A DNA stretch of 64,000 bases from Vitrella brassicaformis CCMP3155 (GCA_001179505.1 CDMY01000170.1:62001-126000), one strand, 5' to 3'; positions 45,001-59,500 are shown, counted from the first letter of the stretch. A program made the numbers and translations. Notes: generated from the sequence alone by a model not told the origin.

Positions 45001-47442
45001 GTATATCGACTCGACCAGCTCACGGGGGTCACACGCATCCACGGCCCACAGGGGCAGCAGCTGACGCAGTGCTCTCGTGGCGTACTGCTTGATCGACCAG
45101 CCTGCATCAAGCAAAACAGCCAACATTAGTCAGGAACGTGCCTCGGTGGGGTGGGTGGATGTCCTGTGTGTGAAGGGTGTGTATACCTGTGCCGGTCTGG
45201 ACAATGTGCAGGAGTGTCTTGGCGACTTCAGGAAAGACGGTCTCCTCCGTCATGGGGCGCACTGCCTCATACGCCTCACTCTCAGACTCACCCAGCTGCA
45301 CAACCACACACCGCAGCGCACGACGGACCACCTGCGTGAATGAACGAGTGAACACAGCACACACACACACACACACTCGTCACTCAGTTTCCGCGCCACC
45401 CTCTCTGTCACTCCAGCCATACGTTCTCATTCGGATGAGTCAGCAGCGGCATGAGCGCCTTGTCGAGCTCGTCGATGTCGTTGTTGTCCAGGTTGGCGCC
45501 GTGAGTGTCGAGCAGCGTCTCGAGTGCCCGGAGGCCCGTCAGCCGCAGTGCGGTGGGTGGGGGGTTGACGAACCTGTTGCGGCAGGTGTCGAGCAGGAAA
45601 CGGAACACACCCAGATGGTACTCCGTGTGGTAGTCATCGTCTCCACACAAGTCCTCCATAGAAAACAGCTGACAGAACAGACATCGATCAATCATGGGAG
45701 CTCGATTTGTGTTCCTGCCGCCGTGTTGTTGTCAGCTTACCACTGCGACGATCTCGGCGAGTGCGGCCTTGGTCCGTGGGTTGAGTTTCTTCATCTTCAT
45801 CTTGTGCTCAAAGAAGGGCCACGCATCAGCCAGGAACGACTTCAGGTCAACAGCCTGACACACACACACACACACACACAAACCAATGCGCACTCAGAGG
45901 CTGCCACCCTCCCTCCCTCCCTCCGTCACTCCCCGCCTTTTCACCCCCCCACCATGGCGACTCTGCCAATGCCCTCGAGTGCGACAACCTTTAGGTCGTT
46001 GCGGTCATCATTGTCGACTTCATCGCTGTGCACTTCCTCGTCACTCAGCGACCCCACTGGCGGCGGCTCGGGCTCCCCGTCCTCCTCAAAGGCAGACGCG
46101 GGGGGCGTGACGAGGTCCACAAAGAGGCTGCACAGCTGAGAGATGAACTGGGGGATCCTTCTGCACCTGCATGGCATGCAGGTTGGTTGGCATGGGAGAC
46201 CCGATGGTGGTCCTCCGCGCCGTGTTCTTGTTTGTTTACTTTGATGGATATGCTTCACAAAGGGAGATGAGGAACTCGTAGGTGAGGTATCGGTGGTCGT
46301 GCTCTGCCCACTCCTCCCCATCTTCATCGTCTTCATCCTCATCCTGACATATGCAGGCACACACGCCCAGCGGCCGTCCGTGCGCTCGTGCCATGTGAGT
46401 GTCGGTGTGGGTGTGTCCTATTCTTCCCACGTGCAAAATGCTGCTGGCTTTGGGCAGGTTGAAGAACGAAGGCGGCGACTGAGCGATGGAGAGGAACTGC
46501 GCCGCCACCGCGAGCAGGTGCTGCTCGAAGAAGCGATTTGCCTCCGTCAGCTGCACAAACGTCTCCAACATAGACCTGCACACACACAAACAACCGCCAC
46601 ACATGAAAGAATCGATACCTGGTTGCCGCGCCGACACAAAGAATTCCTGCTCACCTCGCTTGTTTCCCGTGTGTCTTGAGGCTCTGCATGGCCGCCCCCA
46701 CAGCTGCTTGCATGGTGGGCGTCAGCGACTGCAGGCCAGCGCAGTACTCACTCATCTGCACCCGCTGCCCGTCGCGGTCCAGCAGAGCCGCCTCATACAC
46801 CTCCTTGACCAGCCTTACAGCATCAGCCTTGATGGCCATGCTGGGGCTCTCCAGCAGCCCCCGCAGCTGAGCCACAAACGCCGCCGCCTCACCGCGCCTC
46901 TCAATCTCCTCATTCACAGTGTCGGCCACAGCAGACAGCACCCGGATAGCAGCGATGGCCCTCTGCTCGTTGTCAGATCGCATCAGCTGAAACATAGCCA
47001 TCAGAAGCTCCGGCCACTCGTCTGAAGTCAGCTCTCGCACCCTTGTAAGCAGGTGGCCGATGGCGCGTCGAGCGCTGCTGTCGGTTTCGTCCATGAAGGC
47101 TTGGAGAAGAGCGCGACGAGCGTCTGGCTGCGTGGCCGTGAGCACGAAAGCCGCTGCCGCCTCGTTGTCATCCTCTCCCTCCGCCCGCTTCAGCACAGTG
47201 TCACATAGCGCGGCGGCCGTCTTGGTGAGGATGGGATCTCCGCGCATCGTCGCGATGACCTGAACATACATCCGGCAGGTGGCCTCGGGAGCGGTGTGTT
47301 GAAGACGCTGCAGCTCGTCCCTCGCCTCCCGGACGCGCTTCCCGTCATCAGCCTCAGTCGGATATTGCACCCACGACATGATGAGGCCGACGAACGAAGA
47401 TAGCTCTTGGTCTGTCGGCATCTGAGGGAAGGATGAGGCCAT
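42055..47442 (-). CDS. Importin-beta family HEAT-repeat protein, importin-5/Kap121-like
   Basis: Over 1000 aa of HEAT-like helices (DEWPELLMAMFQLMRS; acidic loop DEDEDDEDGEE). C-terminal VYVLDPNHSRLPRLVKIFRAI resembles the importin-5 C-terminus. Confidence 0.72.
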
Positions 47443-47584
47443 GATATGATTTGTCCGTGGAGCAGCAGAAAGATGAATGATATGATATGGACGAGGGAAG
47501 AATCGACGCACGTGAATGCAACCCAGATCTTCGAGAAATAGATCTTCTCAGCTCCAGCTCCAAAAGACTGGGGGCTTTCAGGGG

Positions 47585-47595
47585 GCGAGCTCGCA
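47585..47595. promoter_or_regulatory. Candidate promoter motif, palindromic GCGAGCTCGC(A)
   Basis: Lies in the 172-nt gap between divergent ATGs 47442 and 47615. Confidence 0.5.
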
Positions 47596-47614
47596 GTCTG
47601 ACTCGGAAGACATC

Positions 47615-49366
47615 ATGGCGGAGGAAGGGTCCGTTCTCGAGGGTGATTTGCTGCGCTCCTCACTGTCCCAGATATCGAAAACAGTAGGTGAGGCGATGGG
47701 GCCAGAGAGATGAATGGACACACAGATTTCTGATGGGCTTGGTGTGCAGATGGCAGCGGCTATGCTTTTGCGCGACTCGACTGCTCGGGCAAGGAGGTTT
47801 CCTCTCTGGCCGAGGCAGTGGGTGACTACACACACATTCGATTCGTCCAAATGTCCAACAATCAGATCAAGGACATCACACCAGGTGGCCAGCTCCATGG
47901 GATGGGATGCTGGCATTGATGCTGGTTGGTCGTTGCTCTTTGTCTGCAGTGTCTCGGCTGCCGCATGTGCTGTCTTTGAACTGTTCCCAGAATGGCATTA
48001 CACAGCTCGAGTGCCTCGCAAACCCAGAAGGATGTCTCCCCTTCTGCCAAGTATATATGTCGATCGACAAAGAGAAAGAGAGCCGGGCCATCCCTTTCCC
48101 TCCCCTGTATGTCTGTCTGCACCTGCCATCATGCACACCCTCACGAGACATTGGATGCGTCGACGAACGCGATGGAGAAGCTCGGCAACCTCAAGATGGA
48201 GAGGCTCAAGAGAGCAAACGTCTCAGGTCAGAGATAAAGGCTCCCTGGGCGACTGTCGCGGCCACGGTAGCGTGTCTCGTGGTGTTTTGTCCATGCTGTC
48301 AGGCAACCAGATAGCTTCTTTGGAGGGCTTTGAAGGCCACGAGGCAATCGAGGTGACCACACATTCCAGGAACCCTCCTCCCTTGCTCATTTGTATGTAC
48401 GTGTCGATAGGTTCTCAATTTGTCCAAGAACAAGCTTATCAATTGCCAGGGCATCGGCAACCTGCCCGCGCTGAAAGAGCTGTTTATGGTACCGCACACA
48501 GCATACCTGATACCTTGCACATTGGCGGTGTGTGTCTCTTTCTTTCGCAGAGTGAGAACGAGATCAAGTCGCTCGAAGGCCTGCAGGAGCTGCCGAGTCT
48601 CGACCTGTGGGACCTCAGCGGCAACAAGGTGACAATTGTCCAACGAACGGCATGGGGCGGGACAAGACGGTTTCGTCTCTGTATTTCAGCTGGATACACT
48701 GGACGGCTTCGGGGGCGCCGCCAGTATCACCACACTCCTACTCAAGTACTTGAGACGAGACGCCTGTGTGTGCGGCAGTCAACTCGCAGAGAATGCCGTT
48801 GCGCTGGATGTGTGCATGTGTGTCTGCAGGGAGAATCAGGTGTCCACTGTGAAGGAGTTCGAGAAGCTCCGCGTGCTCCCCAAGCTGAGGAAATTTGACG
48901 CCACTGGTGAGTGAGTGCTCATGTCGTTGGTTGGTCTCTCTCTCGTTCTTGTATGCCTTCGTGTGCACATCCCATCAGGCAACCCCATTGTCGGGGAGCT
49001 GGGCGACGAAGCCTTCAGAATCGAGGTCTCTCGGCCCCTCTCCCCATCTCATCCACCCTGTGTCTCTGTCTTTCTCTGTCCTTCCATCTCTGTATGTATG
49101 TGCAGTTGTTGATAGTGCTGACCCGTCTGACCGAGATCAACGGCCAGGAGGTCACGCCAGAGGAGCGTCAGCAGGCCAAGGGCCTGGAGGCCGACAGAAT
49201 CAGACAGGAAGAGGTACGTACGTACCTGCAATCCCGCAAGTGATGCGATATATGCGATGGTCTGTGAACGCGTGTGTGTGTGTCTGATATTGATTAGGAG
49301 AGGAAGAAGGCCGAGGAGGAGGCGGCCGCTGCTGCGGAAAAAGAGGGCGAAGAGGCCGACCAATGA
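47615..49366 (+). CDS. LRRC23: Leucine-rich repeat protein, LRRC23-like (axonemal radial-spoke associated)
   Basis: N-terminal LSQISKTVDGSGYAFARLDC matches LRRC23 LSLLCKTGNGLAHAYVKLEV as recalled. SDS22-type LRRs, LRR cap LPKLRKFDATGNPI, and an E-rich tail. Confidence 0.78.
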
Positions 49367-50504
49367 AGACACAATCTCGTGCGTGCTGTATGCCAGTCAG
49401 TCTGTCTGCTCAGTGCGTGAGTGACGCCCCATTGCAGTGCACCTCACCACACAGACTCATTCAAGAGACATCATGGTGTATGTATGGATTGGCGGTCAAT
49501 GTTTTGCAACACAACGTTCCGGGGGCACCGCCCCGTCTGCTCGCTGGTGTCTTGCCGTGGCTGCCTGGACGGCATGGACGCTGGCTGATGAGAGAACCAG
49601 CCCCAGACCGTCAAGCCATCCCTGGCTAAACCAACAAACGGACGACAGGGGCTCACCGCTGGCTGACGGGCTTATATGAAGCAAGCCAGGCAGGCAGGTA
49701 GCCGTATGTTCACACAGGTACACTAAGATCAATTCTCTTAGTAGAGTCAAAGCATACACAAACACACAGAGAAAGATACCCAACCAGCCGAGCCAGGGAG
49801 CCTGGAACACGAGGAGAGGACACAGGGAGGGTAGGGGAGAAGTCAGACATGCTGTCTCGCCACCAAAATGCTGTCTCGCCACCAGATGGCATGGAGGCAC
49901 TTGGCAAGTGAGCGCACAGCACACGAGAGGTCGTCGGAGGGTATCGACAGACATCCGATATCGTTCAGTCAGTCAGGCAGGTAGACAGACAAGGGAGGGG
50001 AGGGGAGACGATGAGCGTGAGGTGAGGAGGAGGCAACGGGATGGATGCATCCCATCCATGCCATGGTACACACATAGATAGTCTGCACGTGCAGTGCAAA
50101 CAGATATATGTGGGCTGAGTGAGTGAGTGAGTGACTGAGTGAGTGAGTGTCCGTCGGCCTCAAGCAGCGAGGGAGGCAGCCGTCAAAACTGCACACACGA
50201 ATGCACGTACGTACGTCTGCACTCACTCACTCACGCATCTCCCTCCCCCCACGACTCGCCAGCCAAAGGCTTCCTTACGACCGACCAGAAAGAAATGGAG
50301 GCAGCCCAGCCATGCAGGTAGGCAGGTCACCTGGCCAGGCCAGGTCTCATCGATTGGTCTGCTTTGGCTTGAAGACCACCGGCTGCGGTGGCTTGACACC
50401 GACACTGACAAACAGATGGATGGATGGATGGATGGATCCACACACCAACAACACACAGAGCAAACAATGAGCACAGCTAGCGAGGTTCTAGGGGCGCGCA
50501 TCCC

Positions 50505-53500
50505 TCACCGTCCATTGATGGTCTCTCGCTCGTCTCCACCTGCCGCCTGCCGGTCGTCACCAGCCTCTCCCCGCCGCCTCGCCGCCCGTGCTGCCCTCTC
50601 GCTGGTTCCACCCCCTCCCCCTCCCCCATCCCCCGCCCCGCCCACTCCATCCGGCTGCTGTTGTTGCTGCGGCCCGCAGCCGTCCGTGTGCGATGGGTCA
50701 TTGTTGTCATTGGTGGTCTGGTCCACCTCCTCCACCTCCATGCGATCGTCGTGGTCGGCAGCGGCTGCCGAGGCCGCGGTGGGGGCACCTGACGGCTCGA
50801 CGTGACCGTCGGCAGCGTCAGACCTGACACACAGACATGGATGTCCTTGTGGGGGGAGGTATGTGTGTATGTGTGTGTGTGTTGACTGGCTGACCTGTGT
50901 CTGGTTGTGGCGAGGTTAGGCGTTTCGTCGTCGCTTGCTGCTGAGGGTATGAGGATCTCCTTGAGGGCCTGCCAGTGGTACTTGCGGGCGAACTCCTCCT
51001 CGGAACACTCCGGAGGCGTCAACTGCAACAATTGCAGCAACAGACATAGTCCCTCGCGCCGCGTCGTGTCGGCGGCTTGCTTACGTCCTTTTCCCACTCT
51101 CCCTCCTCCTCATAGATGTTGAGATCCTTCCGCACCAACACGGGACCGCCCCCTGACACACGACACACCACACACCACACACGCACAACAGAGAAAGCAC
51201 CACATATGTGTGTGGGAGGAAGCGCAAAAGAGTGCACTGGTGGGATGTCTGGCTGTGTGTGTGTGTGCAGCGCCCCACCGTGGAAGAAGGTGAAGAGCCC
51301 CCAGACGGCGGCGTTGACGCCGATGTAGTGGATGCGCACCTTCAGGTTCTTCTTGGGCTGCCATACGCCATCCTCTGATCCATGACACACACCCACACAC
51401 CCACACACGCACACAGAAACCTCATCATCCATTGATTTGTGTCTGTCTGTCTGTCGCCTCTCTGTGCTGTGCGTGACGTGACTGTACTTACTGCATTCGA
51501 GCAGATCGGTGTTGTCGACGGCTCCCGGCAGCGTGTTGAGGGCCTGGACGACCGAGTCGAAGCCGCGGGTGCGCTGCTGCTCGCCCCTGATGTAGGCCTT
51601 CCAACGGTCCACCCACTTGTTCTCAACCAAATACCTAGGCGGTGGGGGGAGACAGACCCATCGATGCATCCGTCCGTCATACACGCACGACACGATGCCT
51701 GCCTGCCTGCCCTTCATTGAACCGACCAGTAGTTGCCCTGTCCAGTGTCCCTGGAGTCATGCTCGCAGATGAGCTGATACTCCTGCTGACGGCGATCCAG
51801 CAACAGGTCCTGTCAGACAGACAGACAGACAGGGAGGAGGGAGCGAGGGAGCATCCACACGCGCACGGCGGCTGTGGTGTGGTTTGGTGTGGTGTGGTGT
51901 GGTGTGCTGACCACAAATTGGATGCACGTGTCGCATGGCGAGAGGTCGTTGATCTCAGTGGCCGGCCCGCCGTACATGGTGACCAGCCGGTGGTACAGCT
52001 GGTGACCCATCGGCCGCCACATCATCTACACACACACACACACCACCCAACACGGACACACATGAATGAATGACAAAAGATGTCCACACGTCGCCCTCCC
52101 CGGCTGTCTTCTGTCAGTGCCACTCGCCTCTGACCTGTGCGTGTGCCGGTCTGACAGTGGCGACCCGGCCGTGTGGGCAGAGGAGGCCGTTCATCTCGAT
52201 CGGCCCTGGGTTGCTCATCGTCATCAGCCGCTGATACCTAAACCCACACACAATGCATTCAATGCATCCATTTCATCTCCCAGTTTCCAAAGAAGCGCGT
52301 GTGTCCGACAGATAGACAGACAGACAGACAGGCTGACAGGCTGGGTGACTTACCATCTCTGGGGAACGTATACGATGCTGCCGACGGCGCTGTCTGACAG
52401 TTCGTCCTGCTTCTTCTTCCGTGCGCGCGTCATGGGTGCCTCGGCGCGTGGCTGTGGGAGGGCGCGCTGCCTCAGGTGCTCCAGCACACTCTTGCAGTGC
52501 TCCTTGACCGTACGACGATCCTTGACGCGCTGAACCGAACCAATGAGCGATCCATGTGCGGTGTTTTCTCTCTCTCTCTCCCTGTGTGTATGTGTGTGTG
52601 TGTGGTTGTGGTTGTGTGTTGACTGCCCTGCGTACCGACTGTGGTGTGACCTTCTCGTAGAAGAGGTAGTAGGGCTCTGACCTGGCGACCTGCGTCGAGT
52701 CGGATCTGGACACGAGGCCGTCGTCGAAGTGCACCCACTGGTCGCGCTTCTTGTGGTAGACGTAGGCCGTGTAGTGCCCGCCGCCATACGAACCGATATG
52801 CTCGATGATACCTGTCAACCTGATGGATGGACGGATGGATGGATGGATGAGCCGATGAACGATACACCACACACTGGGTGTGAAAGACAGACCTACCTAC
52901 CTGTACTTGTATGGCTTGGGGTTGGGGGGGTGCTTCTGTCGGTTCCGTGCGATGGCCTCCTCGTCGACAAAGGGCTCCACATCCAACTCCTCATCCACGG
53001 GGAACTGCACCGAACGACTGCACACACACACACACACGTGTGTGTGTCTCAATTCATTGGAATGCATCCACCCGTTCTGTTCCCTTCCCGCACCGCAGCC
53101 ACGGACCTGTTCTTGCTGGCGAGCCATCCTGCCTCGTACTTGAACCTCTTGAGGTGTAGGCAGAGCACCTCGGGCAGGTCGTACAGCTGCAGACGCTTCT
53201 CGCCGTCCTGCTTGCTCTGACCGACCAAGGTTGGAGGAACAACGGAAATACGTGTGCGTGGAGTGTAGTATAGTGTAATGGAGTGTGTGGGTCAGTCAGG
53301 TCAGCCAGCCAGCTGACCGCACCTTGCACTTGTCGCACTCGTACTGCTCCGACCCCCTCATGTACTCGGCTGTGCAGAACTTGCGCAGACAATCGGTCAG
53401 CATGATGGGCGGCGTGAAGATCAGCCTGATGGATGGAATCAACACACACACACACAAATGGACAATGGCTGTGCCGTCTGTCCCTGCTGTCTCGCTTCAG

Positions 53501-55976
53501 GTAGATCGCTCGCTCCCTGACCCCTTGACGCTGCTGGCCATGAGCTTGAGAGGGGATGTGAGTGCGCCGATCATCGTGGACGGCTGGGCGTCGGGGGAAT
53601 CGTCAGCACGGGGCACTCTGCTTGATGGGCAGGAAACAAAGAAAGGCATGACACGAGCTGGGCTGGTCTGTGGGCCTGCCCCTTTGTTGGTTGATGGCTC
53701 TACGAACCTGCAGAGTGCGCCAGCGACGGCCCCTCCGCCCTCGTCGCGTTTGTTGGGGATGGGCAGGTTGATCTCATACACCACGTCATAAGTACGCGAC
53801 ACCTGCATGGCAGTGCATGGCATGTACGCCACAGCAGACAGACAGACAGACAGACACCTCAATGTGTCAGTCGCCTCAATGTGTCAGTCGGTCAGTGGCA
53901 TGCATGTGATGTGTACGGCTACCGTTTGGCATTTGCAGCACTGGATGCTGCTCGACACGCGACCCGCGAACACCGCGGCAACGATAGATGTCGGCCGGAA
54001 CTCCTGCAACAAGCCACGCACGCCACACTATGCACCCACCCACGATTCCCTCCCTGCCTCTCCTCCCTCCCTGTGTTGGGAGGGATCCACTCACCTGTGG
54101 CTGTTTGTTGTCAGGCTCCTTCCTCTTCTCCTCCTCACAGTCATAAAACTGCGCCGACTGACCACCGGGCGACTCGTCGCCCCCGGCCCCGCCATCGCCA
54201 TCGCCGTCGCCGTCACCATCGGCCCTCCCCTCCCCCTCCTCGCTGGTGTAGTGCGACCGGGCCGTGGTCATCTCGCCACCGCCATCCTGCTGCTCCCTCT
54301 CCCTGCGGTTGGCCGGGCGGGGTACCGCTCGCGCGTCGGATGGCAGGACGCCGTTGTGTGGCGGGCCGCCGTCGAGAGTCATCGGCCTGGGGCCGTTCAT
54401 CTCCACTGCAGACGAGGAGCTGATGACAGAAATGGGAGAACCAACGCCACGCGTGAAGTGTCGGCTGTCTGTGTGTCGGACTGACTGGCTGACCTCTTCT
54501 TCTTTCGTTCTGCCGGGTCGGTCTCGGTCGGACCGTTGGGCTGTGGTGGGGGGGGCGGGGCGGGGGCGGGGGCGGGGGCGGGGGCGGGGTGCTCATTGAG
54601 ACCATCGCTGGCCACAAGAGCCCTCGACGAAGTGGACGCAGTGGATGGGGCGGCCTCGATGGGTCGTGGGAAGAGCACGGAGGGGTCGGTCTCACGCACA
54701 TTTGGATGCTGAGCGAGAAACGAGAAAGTCACACATATATGGGTCACTCACGTCACTCAGCAGCCATCCATCCATCGGCAGTCTGCCTGTCTGTCTGTCT
54801 GTCTGTGTCAGTGGCAAGCGTAGGGTGGTACCTGGCCGTGCAGCTCTTCGTGCATGATGTCGAGGACGAAGTTGAGGAACTCCTGAGTGTCGTGCTGCGC
54901 GTACCCCTGGAACATCGGATTCAAAGTCGACGCAACCTTCAGAATGTCCTGCAGTGGGTGCACCACACACAAGACAGACACCAACACAGCACACAACACA
55001 ACCAACAAAACCATTGGGTACTGTGTGGTCGATTGTGTTGTGTTGTGTACCCCCGGTGCCTCGACGGAGACGTTGGTCTCCCACGCGTGCTGAAACAGCC
55101 GGATCAGCTCGCGAACCAGACTGCAGTCAACGTAACGTCACACCCAGCAGCCAGCCGGTCTGTCTGTCTGTTTGTCTGTGTGGCGTCACGTGAAGTGACG
55201 TGCTTGGTGTTTGTTCAAGGCGTACAGCTGTGAGGGCTTGTCGCTTTCGCCTCTGGGGTAGAGCTCGGCGGGGCACGACTTGCGCAGCGCCTTCTGGAGA
55301 GGCCGCGTGTGGATCTGTGAGGACACAACACAAAACAACACAACACAACACAAAACACAATCACAGAGATACCCAATGAATGAGTGTTGGTGTCTGTCTG
55401 TCAGCATTTTATTCACTCTCTGACTGAGTCACTCACTCACCAGGCACTGGAGCGCGGCGTTCATGTAGCACGTGTTGCCGAGATTCGACAAACCCAACAG
55501 ACCAACTGGGGGCAACCACACACGTACAGGACAGATAGATAGATAGATAGATGTACTCATTGGGTTTCCACCAGTGCTGTCCGTGTGGTCCACTTGCTAC
55601 TTACCGCGGTCTCTCCTCCGCTGTATCATCTGACCCGTCGGCCGCCCATACACACCAGGCTGACACGACACACACCGCACACGACACACCAGCCATCCCA
55701 TCCCGTTGGTTGTCTGTCCCTGCACCGCACCCTCCCTCCCCCCACCCATTAGTGCACCTGTATGCCCTGGTTGTAGAGCCGTGCCTGCCTGCCGCTCCTC
55801 TGCCGCTCCACGCCCTCTTGCCGCCCCACGGCATCGTCGCCATGGCCGTACGGCACCTCGTTGTGAGAAGAGGGGGGTCGGTGGCGATTGGCGACGGGCG
55901 GCGAAGACGGCTCGCCACTCGGGTCGCTGAAGTGCATCATGTCGGGACTGCTGTAGTCGTGACTGTTATGCTCCAT
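50505..55976 (-). CDS. Ubiquitin-specific protease (peptidase C19), USP20/USP33-like, with C-terminal DUSP domains
   Basis: Cys box GLSNLGNTCYMNAALQCL, QHDTQEFL, LPEVLCLHLKRF, His box EHIGSYGGGHYTAY...WVHFDD. Two DUSP-like segments follow (PGPIEMNGLLCPHG; YLVENKWVDRWKAYI...PGAVDNTDL). Confidence 0.9.
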
Positions 55977-56491
55977 CGCTTGGGCACAGGGGACGGGATC
56001 ACTCGCTTAAAACACTGGGGAGAGCCCGCAACCAACCTGATTCGACAGCACACACACGCACATAGGCCAACCAACACATGGCCATCCATAAGTGAGAGGC
56101 CGGCAGGTGAGGGCAAGGTAAGGTGCCTGCCGTGAGTGATGTGTGACTGCATCGCATATATCTATCAAATCGATCACGGCTTCTCTCTTAAGCTGGCCTG
56201 GCCACGCTCGGCTCCTACCATACACCTTTCGCTCAGCTGACTGACTGCGCATATCGTTGATTGGCGTGGCCTGATCTTTGTCAGCCGTCTCGCTTCTTCA
56301 GAGCCTCTCTGTCTGGCCTGCCTATCCTGCAGCCCTGCCCTCCTCTCACCAGGCTCACAGATGAGCAGACGGCCAGCAACTCAATCACAGCTCCAATTTC
56401 TTCAGATGCGGCGACAGATGAAGGCAGCCATTGCCGGCGGCACTCTCAGCAGCCGCACACCACACCAAAACCGGAGAAAGGATTTTTGCCA

Positions 56492-56520
56492 AGCTCGCAA
56501 TCGTGGTGTTCGAGCTCGCC
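56492..56520 (+). promoter_or_regulatory. Candidate promoter motif AGCTCGC(A/C) x2
   Basis: About 75-105 nt upstream of ATG 56596. Confidence 0.45.
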
Positions 56521-56595
56521 TCAAGACGCGTCAAAGGAAGAAGACAAACCATCCGAGCTGGAACGCCCATGTGATCTGCAGCCCTCATTCAAACC

Positions 56596-59500
56596 ATGAG
56601 CAGCCTGCTCCGGAGCCGCCACTCCGAGTTCGGATCTTGCAAGGGCAACCTGTACCTCCAGCCCTTCGTCAAGGGCCCGCAGCAAGCACCACAGTTCAGG
56701 ACCCACTCGGGTGAGTTCCTGCGGCGCAAGGGCATGATCGTCCGAAGGCTTGAAGAGGGCGATGAGGAGGCGTGCGCACAGATGGACGGCGAGGCCTTCT
56801 GCCACGAACCGGCCAGCGACGCCCCTGACCGGCTGGTGCAGACGCTGCAGCGTGCGAGGAGCGAGTCGGCTGACCTGCTCTTCGGCCTGTTCTCGCAGTT
56901 CCCAAATGAGGAGGTGCTGCAGGGGGTGGTCATGGGGCTGCGGACGGCGTGTGAGCCGCTCGTGTGGGACCACATGCCCTCTCACGAGCTTGACGGAGGT
57001 GCTGCAGCACCACCAACCACGCCACACGTCAAAACACATTGATGGTTCTCGTGTGTGGTGTGGTGTGGTGTGGTTGGTTCAGGGACGTTGCAGCTGTATT
57101 GTGTTCGTCTGTCCCGTTGCAAGGCGAGCATGGGCATCGCGTGTTTGGTCAAGTGCTACCTGGAGGTGATAGCCGCCTCGAGCACCATCAGCCGTGTGTC
57201 GGTGTGCTGCAAGGCCTCCCAGCTCGGCAGCTTCCTCGAGTGCGGCATGGCCGTCACAAGACACTGCAACGAATTGGACCATCTGCCAGACGGTATGTAT
57301 GGTCGTATGCCACAGACAGCCACACAAACTGAGATGGACTCCGTCTTTGTGAGTACGTCACGTACGTCATTTGCTTTGTGTGGTGTGTTAGGTCCGTGGC
57401 TCGAGTTGTCCATGTGCCTGGACGAGTTGCGGACGCAGCCGTTTGTGATAGTGGACTGCTTCCCTCCCCAGGCCAAACCCTTCACGGGCAACCCCATCTG
57501 CTGCATCTTCACGCAGCAGGGGGGAGATGCCAACTGGATGCAGGTAGGTGCCCTCAGACACACACACACACACACACAGGGAGGGATGGTCGATCGAGTC
57601 ACACGGATCTGTGCACTGCACGTGTTGTGTGTTGTGTTCTTTCGTTTTCAGGGAGCAGCGAATGAGTTGGGTTGCAACGAGACGTGTTTTATCCAACCGT
57701 CGAGGGACCCCCGCATCACCTCGCAGGAACTGGCGGGCACCGGACAGTGCCACTATGACCTCAGGTACATAATGAGGGAGGATATCAGCCACGACAAACC
57801 GTCAGTTTGCACACGCCTGCATCTGCGTGTCCATTGCGTCGGTGCAGGTCGTTTACCCCGCACTGTGAGGTCGACTGTGGCCACGCGTTGCTGGGCGCCG
57901 CCAAGGCACTCTGGATCTCACAGAGAGCACCGGTAGGTAGGGAGGGAGATACACAAACAACGTCTGACTGACTCACCCATCCCATCATGGGCCATCCATA
58001 CGCCCCTGCTCTTCCTCCCTCCCTTGCATCTGAGCTCAGGACGACTGCGTGATAGTTTTCCACACCCGTTCGGGCGAGCTGAGTGCCCGCGTGTGTGGGT
58101 CGCAGCCGGCCGTGTTCCGCAAGGCCCGCCTGCCCATCATTGCCAACCACTCCAGCGAGCTCGGCCAGATCGGCCTCCCCGTTGCGTCATCCATGGACGG
58201 CGCCATGAGCGAGGCATCCGAGCCCTCCACGCCCATCTCCCCGGGACTGCCCCTCTCACAGACGTGGGACGAGCGGTCCGACCGTTCCTCGAGCTCACCG
58301 GGATCGGCTTACATGGGCGGCGTGCACGCGACGGTCCGTGACCGCGCAGAGTGGATCGAGTTGGACTTCCCGCTGATCCAAGCAGTCCCCGTGGACATCC
58401 ATGGGGCCGACATCCCATCTTCGGTGGCCAACATGAAGCGGACCAAGCCGGCAGGAGGCGACGATGACGAGGGGCAGGACAGCGACGAGACGGGCGACCT
58501 CGGCATGTGGCGGCAGGCGACGACGAGTGTCAAGAGCACCAGCGGTGAGGGCCTCAACGGCATCTCGGGCACGCCACCGCCACGTCTGCCTAGCAGATCC
58601 TTCTCAATGCTGGGAAGGTCGCCGGGCGCGAGGCTGCCGATTCCACTGGCGGGCGGGCCCAGCACGCCCCGGGTGGACAGCACGCTCGACGTTCTCGACC
58701 ACAACGAGCGTGCTGCCGTGTCGCATCGGAGGGAGTTGCTCATGGCACCGGTGAGAGAGACAAGACACCGACAGGCAGATGGGCAGATTGACAGTGTGTG
58801 TGTTTCTCTTCTCTCTCTCTCTCTTTGTTCGTTCAGTCGTTGGTAGAGGCGTTGGGTGTGGATGCCGACGAGGTGGTGTTTATCGGCCGCACCGACAGCG
58901 ACATGCTCATCGAGGTGACCGACCCTGCCGTCCTGCAGGTAAGTGGGTGGTGTGGGTGCAAGAAGACAGACACGTAGACGTAGACAAGGACTCGTGTGCC
59001 GATCGATCAATGCTTCTGTCGTTGCTGTGCAGAGATTGCGTCCCGAGTATCATCGTGTGGCTGCGTGTTGCCGTCGGGGCGTCATCATCACCTGCCGTGC
59101 CACGCCCAACGACCCCATCGTCAACGAACTCAAAAAGCGGTTCTCCACACGGGTGAGGGCGACGACACACGCAGCACGACCACATGGACGTCATGCTCGC
59201 CCGCCTCGTGTGTGCGGTGCGCAGATCGACTTTCTGTCGAGGTTCTTCGCCCCGAGAATCGGCATCCCGGAGGACCCGGTCACGGCGGGTATGCGGACAG
59301 ACACTCTCACATCCGTCCGCACTCTTTGCCATGTCGGCATTTCGTTCTTGTTTTGTGGGATAGGCATCTACAACTGCCTGGGTCCCTATTGGGCGTCATC
59401 TCTGGACCGTTTCGACCTCATCGCCTACCAGCTGTCGCACCGTGGGGGCATCGTGGCCATCAGTGTGGACCTCCGCAGCAGCAGGGTCAAGCTGTACGGC

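Noticed and set aside
56361-56595. Upstream coding exon (MRRQMKAAIAGG...) for the GNAT-PhzF gene
   Set aside because: A phase-compatible splice exists, but the donor is weak and the region carries the candidate promoter motifs; left unresolved.
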